From the NCBI GenBank assembly GCA_043228905.1, contig JBHGNT010000012.1, positions 18,910,001 through 18,974,000 on the forward strand: a DNA stretch of 64,000 nt. Direction: 5' to 3'. The first letter of the stretch is position 1. Every line of letters begins with the position of its first letter. The DNA is from Azolla caroliniana. Lineage: Eukaryota; Plantae; Polypodiophyta. Below the pieces are notes generated by a model. The model searched no databases, was not told the origin of the DNA, and saw only the letters and a list, made by a program, of their open reading frames with translations. Shown piece by piece: positions 1 to 10,034 of this stretch. The position numbers and the translations under genes were made by a program.

Positions 1-1724
1 CTCGGTGGGCCCACTTCCTCACACGCTTCGACTTCAAAATTACATATCGTCCGGGGAAGCACCAAGGGAAGGCAGATGCATTATCACGGCGTTCGTATCT
101 AACACCACGTCCCGGTGAGCCAGCTTTCGATAACCAGAAGCAAGTAATCTTGGGTCCAGCACGACTGCAAGCAGCACAGGTCTTTGACATGCCCGTGGAT
201 TCCGACATTACCAATACTATACGTGAGGACTTGAAGACTGACGCTTTCGCCCAAGCTATACTAGCACAAATTGACCCCTCTCGAGCGTCATGTTCACAAT
301 CACAATCACCAGGTACGGATTATCGGCAATTCAAATACTGTGATGGATTACTCTTCTTTAAAGAACTTTTGTATGTTCCTAATGGTTCTTGCCGCCTTCG
401 AGTAGTACAAAATTGCCATGACACATATACAGCAGGACATTTTGGTAGTACTAAAACATTAGATTTAGTACAACGATCATTCTGGTGGCCCCGTATGCGA
501 CAATTTGTCGAAGATTTTGTTCGGACTTGCGATACATGCTGCAGAGCGAAAATGCCAAGACATCATCCATATGGTTTATTAGAACCATTACCAATTCCAA
601 GCAAGCCATGGCAATCCATTGCTCTTGACTTCATTACAGATCTTCCAGTCTCTAAGGGATTCAGTGCGATTCTCACAGTGGTGGATCGATATACGAAGAT
701 GGCTCATTTCTTACCATGTACTAAAGAAATATCTAGTGAAGACACCGCCGAAATTGTCATGCGGGAAGTATGTCGGCATCATGGACTCCCTGATAATATC
801 ATCAGCGATCGTGGACCCCAGTTTGTGTCAAAATTCTGGAAGCACCTTTTTAAAATGCTGAAGGTCACTTGTAACCTCTCCTCCGGCTACCACCCACAAA
901 CCGACGGTCAAGCCGAACGAACAAATCAAACACTGGAGCAGTATCTGCGGTGCTTTCTCAACTATCATCAGAATGACTGGGCAGATATTCTTCAGTTCGC
1001 CGAATTTGCCTATAATAACGCTATCCACGCATCGACTAAAGTCACGCCATTCTACGCTTATACGGGATATCATCCCCGGTGGTGTGTCCTTGAAACCCCA
1101 GAAGTGTCCACAAATCCTTGCGCGGAGGATCGTTTGGAGCGGTTACGCAAGATACAAGCGGATTTATCTACTCAACTCCAGCAAGCTCAACAATCACACA
1201 AGGACTACGCAGATCTTCATCGACTTCCATCCAGTTTTAACATTGGAGATCGGGTGTGGCTGCTACGACGACACATCAAGACTACTCGCCCATGTGAGAA
1301 GTTGGATTATCGGCGATTAGGTCCTTTCCGTATTATCGGGAAGATTAATGATGTCGCTTTTCGTCTCGAGCTACCTCCGCAACTTCGGATACATCCGGTG
1401 TTTCATAGTTCTCTCCTCGAACCCTATCACGAGAGAACTATCCCAGGACGTACTATACAACCACCACCTCCTATCGAGCTCGAAGATGGACCTGAGTATG
1501 AGGTCGCTGCCATCCTCGATTCCAAGATTGTTCGCAACAAGCTCTACTATCTAGTCGATTGGCTAGGATATAGTCCCAGCGAGCGTACTTGGGAACCGAT
1601 CGAGAATGTGACCAATGCTCGTGCTCTTCTAGAAGACTTCCATCGACGATATCCCGAGAAACCGGGTCCTCAATCCAAAACGACTCGTGGAACTCGTCGT
1701 TTTAAAGGGGGGATAGTGTCATAA
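1..1724 (+). CDS. pol: Partial Pol (end of RNase H, integrase, chromodomain)
   Basis: HHCC zinc finger, DDE core (ALDF, SDRG, GQAER), GPF motif, chromodomain YEVAAILD...YLVDWLGY...TWEP. Confidence 0.93.
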   Translation, partial: RWAHFLTRFDFKITYRPGKHQGKADALSRRSYLTPRPGEPAFDNQKQVILGPARLQAAQVFDMPVDSDITNTIREDLKTDAFAQAILAQIDPSRASCSQSQSPGTDYRQFKYCDGLLFFKELLYVPNGSCRLRVVQNCHDTYTAGHFGSTKTLDLVQRSFWWPRMRQFVEDFVRTCDTCCRAKMPRHHPYGLLEPLPIPSKPWQSIALDFITDLPVSKGFSAILTVVDRYTKMAHFLPCTKEISSEDTAEIVMREVCRHHGLPDNIISDRGPQFVSKFWKHLFKMLKVTCNLSSGYHPQTDGQAERTNQTLEQYLRCFLNYHQNDWADILQFAEFAYNNAIHASTKVTPFYAYTGYHPRWCVLETPEVSTNPCAEDRLERLRKIQADLSTQLQQAQQSHKDYADLHRLPSSFNIGDRVWLLRRHIKTTRPCEKLDYRRLGPFRIIGKINDVAFRLELPPQLRIHPVFHSSLLEPYHERTIPGRTIQPPPPIELEDGPEYEVAAILDSKIVRNKLYYLVDWLGYSPSERTWEPIENVTNARALLEDFHRRYPEKPGPQSKTTRGTRRFKGGIVS

Positions 1725-2007
1725 CTAGACTCGAACCCATAACCTTTTGTTACACGGGTCGAGACTTTACCATTAGGTTATGAATTGTAATTTGAAGGAT
1801 ATTATTTTCATTTAGGTTTTATTGGGAAATTGATGTATATTCCAGATTTCTCTGGAACATTCTAGAAACTTCAGGAGTATTCCTGAAGACACTATAAAAG
1901 GAGGCGCAAGGCATTAGTTCGAACCAAATCGGTTCAACGCCAGTCTTAAGCCTTCTAACTACTGTTGTATATCTTCCTTCATATAATACATATATCTTTC
2001 GCATCAT

Positions 2008-2046
<39 letters not shown>

Positions 2047-2180
2047 ACTCATTCCTTCTCTCAAAAGTTCGACACCTCTCATAGTACTAATCCTTCTCTG
2101 TCTTAGTACTATTCCCCAACAATAGTACTAATCCTTCTTTTAGTACTAATTCCTTCTCTGCCTTAATAGAGTTCCTGACA
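1717..2180 (+). repeat. LTR of family A (464 bp)
   Basis: TGTCA...TGACA termini, preceded by PPT AAAGGGGGGATAG. Confidence 0.95.
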
Positions 2181-2943
2181 ATGTTTTGGAGATACTGACA
2201 GCATAAGGACTGCAATCAACAAAATCCGGCGATTACGCCAAGGTGACCGTCCAGCCTCCGCATATGCTGCAGATTTCCGCCTACTCGCCGCCGATATCCC
2301 CTGGGATGATCAAGCATTGATGGAGCAGTTCCGCTATGGTCTACGCAACGATGTCAAGGATTTACTCTTGACTTTCCCTGAAGAGCCAAAATCATTAACA
2401 GAAGCAATCAGTCGAGCGGTCAGATGTGACAACCGCCTCTTCGAGCGACGTTCGGAACGACAATTTCAGATGCCGAGGGCAAGATCCGAGCCTACCTATG
2501 CCTCAGTGGTAGCAAAACCTTTTCAAAGGGAGTCACATAATGCGCCTCCAGTAAGTACTCCAACTCCAATGGAAATTGACACTACACGTCGTCGTGGGCC
2601 GCTATCGGAGGAGGAAAAGCAACGACGCCGAACAAACCGATTATGCCTTTATTGCGGTGGACCAGGGCATATCGCGATAAACTGTCCCCATAGACCAAGA
2701 AGGCAGGTAAACCAAGTCGTTGTTAGTTCTGACTATACTAAACCCGAGTCTATTTCAGTAGGAATCTCTGATAGTCCTCATAGTCATAATAGTCCTAATA
2801 GTACTAATAGTCCGAATCTCGCAAACAAATTTGATGTCCTTAGCCAATTAGAAGAAGAGTTAAACGACTAAGTCCAGCCAAAATAGGAGCCGTTTGGTCG
2901 GACAGCCCTAGATCTGTGCAGCCCATTAGTGGTTCCATTCCCT

Positions 2944-3043
2944 NNNNNNNNNNNNNNNNNNNNNNNNNNNNNNNNNNNNNNNNNNNNNNNNNNNNNNNNN
3001 NNNNNNNNNNNNNNNNNNNNNNNNNNNNNNNNNNNNNNNNNNN
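2944..3043. other. Assembly gap (100 N)
   Basis: Run of N. Confidence 1.
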
Positions 3044-4372
3044 AATAACTCTTCTCAGCTCATCTCGTTCTCCCACGGTATCGCTACCCATGAGGTGATC
3101 GTCTTTTCGATAGGCATAATCGGCTTTTGTCCATACATAAGCTCCGTCGGCATATACCCTATCACCGAGCTATGTGTCGTTCTATCGGCCCACAAAGCAT
3201 AGGGTAATAGTCGTGGCCAATTCCCGACTCGACCGTTGCATGCTCGTACGATGGCTTTAACGATAGGTCCATGCCCTCGCTCGATCTTCCCATTCGCTTC
3301 CGGATTGTAGGCAGTCGTGAGGGAGAGCCTCACGCCTAGTCTTTCGAAGAGCTCTGTCGCTTCGTGCGCGTCCAACTCCCCTCGGTCGGCCACTATCTTC
3401 CCTACACATCCATATCAGCAAACAACCTCTTCAAGCAGAAATTTGCAAACGGCTGAAGTCGTCTTATTTGTCAAGGCTCGTCCTTCCACTTGATTTGTTA
3501 AGTCTTCCCTTGCCAGCACTAAGTACTTCATTTGTCCCACTCCCATTGGCATCAAGACCAGATCCACCATCCATTTGAAGTGTATGGTGAGTGGGTATGT
3601 CGGTTGTAACTCATCACGATGACCTATATTTGAATATATTTGGCAAGTTTCGCATATGGACATGAAATGGAGTACATCTTTGTACATGCTTGGCCACCAG
3701 TACTTCTCCTTCAACTTTTCGAACGTCGCCCATGTTCCTCTATGACCTGCCCAAGCACTCTCGTGGAATTCAGTCATCAGCGTCTCTTGCTCTTCTTTCT
3801 TTACCACCACTCGACGTGGTATTCCTATCCTTCTTTTTGGATGTCGCCAAAGGAATCCTCCGTTCAAGAAGTATTGGTAAGCTTTCTTTCGGATTCGTAG
3901 GGCCTCCTCCTTTGTCAACGAAGCATCTGTCGTCAATGTTCTTAGGAATCTACCGATGAGTATCCACTCTCCTTCGTACTCGTTCTCGTTGAAGGCGTGG
4001 AGGGTTTGCGTGTCCTGGTCTTCCGCCGACAATCGAGCCATCTTGAAGAAGTCGAGGGCGACATCTTCATCTTCCGAAACCATGTTACTTCCATTTGAAA
4101 ATATTGCCCTCGATAGCATGTCAGCCATGGCGTTCTTCTTCCCTGCAATGTGACGGATCTCTGGGTTTAAAGACTTGATGTAGGCGATCCACCTTAGCAT
4201 AGCAAGATCTGGGGTCACACATCCCGAGACCATTCCGAGAATTGGGAGACAATCTGTCTCTATTATCACTTCTGACCCGATTAGGTAATCTTTGTCCGTC
4301 TTCACTGCCGACACAATACCCCAAAGTTCCCACTTGACTTGGGCATATCTTTGTTGCCGTTCGCTGAGAACC
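3044..4372 (-). pseudogene. pol: Element B pol, RNase H and integrase part (disrupted)
   Basis: IETDCLP..., ADMLSR, H..H..C..C, ADRGE, NGKIERGH. The frame continues across the A insertion (RFGAKV|LSERQQRY). Confidence 0.9.
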
Positions 4373-4663
4373 TGTCATAACTAGACTCGAACCCATAACC
4401 TTTTGTTACACGGGTCGAGACTTTACCATTAGGTTATGAATTGTAATTTGAAGGATATTATTTTCATTTAGGTTTTATTGGGAAATTGATGTATATTCCA
4501 GATTTCTCTGGAACATTCTAGAAACTTCAGGAGTATTCCTGAAGACACTATAAAAGGAGGCGCAAGGCATTAGTTCGAACCAAATCGGTTCAACGCCAGT
4601 CTTAAGCCTTCTAACTACTGTTGTATATCTTCCTTCATATAATACATATATCTTTCGCATCAT

Positions 4664-4708
<45 letters not shown>

Positions 4709-4842
4709 ACTCATTCCTTCTCTCAAAAGTTCGACACCTCTCATAGTACTAATCCTTCTCTGTCTTAGTACTATTCCCCAACAATAGTACTAATCCTTCT
4801 TTTAGTACTAATTCCTTCTCTGCCTTAATAGAGTTCCTGACA
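4373..4842 (+). repeat. 5' LTR of A (470 bp, (TC)19)
   Basis: TG...CA termini, TATAAAA at 4549-4555, four TAGTACTA-containing repeats in U5. Confidence 0.97.
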
Positions 4843-4844
4843 GT

Positions 4845-4856
4845 TTGAACCGATTT
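4845..4856 (+). promoter_or_regulatory. Self-priming PBS (TTGAACCGATTT)
   Basis: No TGG start; exact reverse complement of LTR bases 4582-4593 (AAATCGGTTCAA), about 33 nt after the TATA box. Confidence 0.88.
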
Positions 4857-4943
4857 CTGGGTGCCTGTCTGGTCTTTTCTCTCCCTCTTCCTTCTGTCTC
4901 CCTCCTTTCCTACTAGTCTCTTATTTCCCTTTTCCTTCATCCC

Positions 4944-5427
4944 ATGGCCACCGTTAGCGCTGAAGAGTATCAATCCGTTTTCTCGGAATTTCAATGCTTG
5001 AAAGAGAAGTTTCATGCTTTGGAACAAGAAAATCAACGCTTGTTGGGGGATCTTCAGCAAATTTCCTTAGAAAAGCAGCAAACGCAACAACAGCATGGGG
5101 AACTTGCGTTACGCGTGCAACAACTCGAAGCAACCATCGTAGCAATGCAACAACAAGGGCACGGAGCACAAGGGATTCATAAAGAACCCAAGATTGGCCT
5201 TCCCACGAAGTTCGATGGAACGCGATCGCAGTTTAGAGGGTTTCTTAACCAGGTACGGTTAGTTATTCAAATGCATCCGTCCCGATATCCCACCGATGCA
5301 TCACGAGTGGGTTTAGTAGGGACGTTGTTAAATGGCTCAGCATTAGCATGGTTTGCTCCGCTACTAGAAAAGGAATCTCCAGTACTAAATAATTTTGAAG
5401 AATTCATAAGTGAGTTTAAAGCATGTT
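4944..5427 (+). CDS. gag: Gag of A, 5' part (interrupted by the nested copy)
   Basis: KEPKIGLPTKFDGTR...ALAWF. Rejoins 9349-10034 in frame after removing the insertion and one ATGTT (389 aa in total). Confidence 0.93.
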
Positions 5428-5788
5428 TGTCATAACTAGACTCGAACCCATAACCTTTTGTTACACGGGTCGAGACTTTACCATTAGGTTATGAATTGTA
5501 ATTTGAAGGATATTATTTTCATTTAGGTTTTATTGGGAAATTGATGTATATTCCAGATTTCTCTGGAACATTCTAGAAACTTCAGGAGTATTCCTGAAGA
5601 CACTATAAAAGGAGGCGCAAGGCATTAGTTCGAACCAAATCGGTTCAAACTGTCAGGAACTCTATTAAGGCAGAGAAGGAATTAGTACTAAAAGAAGGAT
5701 TAGTACTATTGTTGGGGAATAGTACTAAGACAGAGAAGGATTAGTACTATGAGAGGTGTCGAACTTTTGAGAGAAGGAATGAGTGAGT

Positions 5789-5823
<35 letters not shown>

Positions 5824-5889
5824 ATGATGCGAAAGATATATGTATTATATGAAGGAAGATATACAACAGTAGTTAGAAGGCTTAAGACT

Positions 5890-8887
5890 TCCCGAGAAGT
5901 ATCGTCAGTATGCTGATGTGTTCGATAAAGTACAAGCCAACACACTTCCTCATCATCGGCCGTACGATTGCGCCATCGACTTACAACCGGGAAAAGAGCC
6001 GCCATGGGGGCCGATCTACAATTTGTCACCAACCGAGCTAGAAGTCCTCCGAGCCTATATAGAGGAGAATTTGGAGAACGGTTTCATTCGGCATTCGAAA
6101 TCTCCAGCCGGTGCACCCATTTTCTTCGTCAAGAAAAAAGATGGCTCGCTTCGACTCGTTGTAGATTACCGTGGCTTGAATAAGGTCACGGTAAGAAATA
6201 GGTATGCTCTTCCCCTTATCTCAAGTCTTTTAGAACGGATCAACGGTGCCAGGTTCTTCACGAAGATCGACTTACGAGGAGCCTATAACCTCGTACGGAT
6301 CCGACCAGGAGATGAATGGAAGACCGCGTTTCGCACCAGATATGGGCACTTCGAGTATACGGTCATGCCGTTCGGACTCACTAATGCGCCGGCAGTCTTC
6401 CAGCACATGGCGAATGATATATTTCGAGATCTCTTGGATGATTTTTTGATCATCTATTTGGATGATCTACTGGTTTATTCAAAGACCCAAGAAGAACATG
6501 ATTCTCATGTACTATTAGTACTAAAACGACTTCGAGAACATGGTCTGTATGCAAAGTTAGAGAAATGTAGTTTCGGGTGCAACCAAGTGGAATTTCTCGG
6601 CTATGTCATCTCCTCAGAAGGCATATCTATGGACCCAGCCAAGGTGAAAACGGTGATAGAATGGCACACTCCGCGTTCGGTGCGGGATGTGCAATGCTTC
6701 CTAGGCTTTGCAAATTTTTACCGGAAGTTCATACAAAATTACTCAAAAATTGTGCTGCCTCTCACACAGCTCACCAGGAAGGGACAATCATTCATTTGGT
6801 CTAAAGAGACGGACATGGCTTTCGAGAGTCTTAAGAAGGCGTTTACATCAGCTCCAATTTTAGGTCATGTGGATCCGGAAAAACCATTCATTATCGAAGC
6901 TGACGCATCGGATTTCGCATTGGGGAGCATTCTGTCACAACAGGGTAACGACGAGAAGCTACATCCTGTGGCTTTCCACTCCCGTAAGTTTGACGCCGCC
7001 GAAATCAACTACGAAATTCATGATAAAGAGCTATTAGCAATAGTTGATTCTTTTATGCAATGGAGGCATTTCCTGGAGGGATCTCCTCATCAGGTCACTG
7101 TATTCAGTGACCACAAGAACCTTGCCTACTTTCAAGATGCTCGTGTACTGAATCGACGTCAAGCTCGGTGGGCCCACTTCCTCACACGCTTCGACTTCAA
7201 AATTACATATCGTCCGGGGAAGCACCAAGGGAAGGCAGATGCATTATCACGGCGTTCGTATCTAACACCACGTCCCGGTGAGCCAGCTTTCGATAACCAG
7301 AAGCAAGTAATCTTGGGTCCAGCACGACTGCAAGCAGCACAGGTCTTTGACATGCCCGTGGATTCCGACATTACCAATACTATACGTGAGGACTTGAAGA
7401 CTGACGCTTTCGCCCAAGCTATACTAGCACAAATTGACCCCTCTCGAGCGTCATGTTCACAATCACAATCACCAGGTACGGATTATCGGCAATTCAAATA
7501 CTGTGATGGATTACTCTTCTTTAAAGAACTTTTGTATGTTCCTAATGGTTCTTGCCGCCTTCGAGTAGTACAAAATTGCCATGACACATATACAGCAGGA
7601 CATTTTGGTAGTACTAAAACATTAGATTTAGTACAACGATCATTCTGGTGGCCCCGTATGCGACAATTTGTCGAAGATTTTGTTCGGACTTGCGATACAT
7701 GCTGCAGAGCGAAAATGCCAAGACATCATCCATATGGTTTATTAGAACCATTACCAATTCCAAGCAAGCCATGGCAATCCATTGCTCTTGACTTCATTAC
7801 AGATCTTCCAGTCTCTAAGGGATTCAGTGCGATTCTCACAGTGGTGGATCGATATACGAAGATGGCTCATTTCTTACCATGTACTAAAGAAATATCTAGT
7901 GAAGACACCGCCGAAATTGTCATGCGGGAAGTATGTCGGCATCATGGACTCCCTGATAATATCATCAGCGATCGTGGACCCCAGTTTGTGTCAAAATTCT
8001 GGAAGCACCTTTTTAAAATGCTGAAGGTCACTTGTAACCTCTCCTCCGGCTACCACCCACAAACCGACGGTCAAGCCGAACGAACAAATCAAACACTGGA
8101 GCAGTATCTGCGGTGCTTTCTCAACTATCATCAGAATGACTGGGCAGATATTCTTCAGTTCGCCGAATTTGCCTATAATAACGCTATCCACGCATCGACT
8201 AAAGTCACGCCATTCTACGCTTATACGGGATATCATCCCCGGTGGTGTGTCCTTGAAACCCCAGAAGTGTCCACAAATCCTTGCGCGGAGGATCGTTTGG
8301 AGCGGTTACGCAAGATACAAGCGGATTTATCTACTCAACTCCAGCAAGCTCAACAATCACACAAGGACTACGCAGATCTTCATCGACTTCCATCCAGTTT
8401 TAACATTGGAGATCGGGTGTGGCTGCTACGACGACACATCAAGACTACTCGCCCATGTGAGAAGTTGGATTATCGGCGATTAGGTCCTTTCCGTATTATC
8501 GGGAAGATTAATGATGTCGCTTTTCGTCTCGAGCTACCTCCGCAACTTCGGATACATCCGGTGTTTCATAGTTCTCTCCTCGAACCCTATCACGAGAGAA
8601 CTATCCCAGGACGTACTATACAACCACCACCTCCTATCGAGCTCGAAGATGGACCTGAGTATGAGGTCGCTGCCATCCTCGATTCCAAGATTGTTCGCAA
8701 CAAGCTCTACTATCTAGTCGATTGGCTAGGATATAGTCCCAGCGAGCGTACTTGGGAACCGATCGAGAATGTGACCAATGCTCGTGCTCTTCTAGAAGAC
8801 TTCCATCGACGATATCCCGAGAAACCGGGTCCTCAATCCAAAACGACTCGTGGAACTCGTCGTTTTAAAGGGGGGATAGTGTCATAA
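5890..8887 (+). CDS. pol: 5'-truncated Pol (RT, RH, INT, chromodomain) of the nested copy
   Basis: Open frame with IYLDD, ADASD and DDE motifs; protease missing. Confidence 0.9.
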
Positions 8888-9170
8888 CTAGACTCGAACC
8901 CATAACCTTTTGTTACACGGGTCGAGACTTTACCATTAGGTTATGAATTGTAATTTGAAGGATATTATTTTCATTTAGGTTTTATTGGGAAATTGATGTA
9001 TATTCCAGATTTCTCTGGAACATTCTAGAAACTTCAGGAGTATTCCTGAAGACACTATAAAAGGAGGCGCAAGGCATTAGTTCGAACCAAATCGGTTCAA
9101 CGCCAGTCTTAAGCCTTCTAACTACTGTTGTATATCTTCCTTCATATAATACATATATCTTTCGCATCAT

Positions 9171-9209
<39 letters not shown>

Positions 9210-9343
9210 ACTCATTCCTTCTCTCAAAAGTTCGACACCTCTCATAGTACTAATCCTTCTCTGTCTTAGTACTATTCCCCAACAATAGTACTAATCCTTC
9301 TTTTAGTACTAATTCCTTCTCTGCCTTAATAGAGTTCCTGACA
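8880..9343 (+). repeat. 3' LTR of the nested copy (464 bp, (TC)16)
   Basis: TG...CA termini; PPT immediately upstream. Confidence 0.95.
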
Positions 9344-9348
9344 ATGTT

Positions 9349-10034
9349 TTGGAGATACTGACAGCATAAGGACTGCAATCAACAAAATCCGGCGATTACG
9401 CCAAGGTGACCGTCCAGCCTCCGCATATGCTGCAGATTTCCGCCTACTCGCCGCCGATATCCCCTGGGATGATCAAGCATTGATGGAGCAGTTCCGCTAT
9501 GGTCTACGCAACGATGTCAAGGATTTACTCTTGACTTTCCCTGAAGAGCCAAAATCATTAACAGAAGCAATCAGTCGAGCGGTCAGATGTGACAACCGCC
9601 TCTTCGAGCGACGTTCGGAACGACAATTTCAGATGCCGAGGGCAAGATCCGAGCCTACCTATGCCTCAGTGGTAGCAAAACCTTTTCAAAGGGAGTCACA
9701 TAATGCGCCTCCAGTAAGTACTCCAACTCCAATGGAAATTGACACTACACGTCGTCGTGGGCCGCTATCGGAGGAGGAAAAGCAACGACGCCGAACAAAC
9801 CGATTATGCCTTTATTGCGGTGGACCAGGGCATATCGCGATAAACTGTCCCCATAGACCAAGAAGGCAGGTAAACCAAGTCGTTGTTAGTTCTGACTATA
9901 CTAAACCCGAGTCTATTTCAGTAGGAATCTCTGATAGTCCTCATAGTCATAATAGTCCTAATAGTACTAATAGTCCGAATCTCGCAAACAAATTTGATGT
10001 CCTTAGCCAATTAGAAGAAGAGTTAAACGACTAA
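9349..10034 (+). CDS. gag: Gag of A, 3' part
   Basis: LRQG, FRYGL, PTPMEID, zinc knuckle CLYCGGPGHIAINC. Confidence 0.93.

Larger units (their letters stand above)
1..2943 (+). mobile_element. Partial copy of chromovirus A (pol 3' part, LTR, gag 3' part), cut by the assembly gap
   Basis: Matches 7164-10106 at constant offset 7163, including the diagnostic variants DLHRL/HERTI, the (TC)16 LTR and the LTR-ATGTT junction. Confidence 0.95.
5428..9343 (+). mobile_element. Nested defective copy of A with an inverted R-U5 and no gag or protease
   Basis: TSD ATGTT at 5423-5427 and 9344-9348. Order: U3 (5428-5636), primer, inverted U5-R (5649-5889), pol from 5890, LTR 8880-9343. Confidence 0.95.

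Noticed and set aside
1819-2010. 63-aa ORF repeated five times
   Set aside because: Lies antisense inside the LTR; it recurs only because the LTR does
5428-9343. Autointegration product of the outer element
   Set aside because: The outer element remains complete with its own TSD, and the inner copy has distinct variants, so it is a separate insertion
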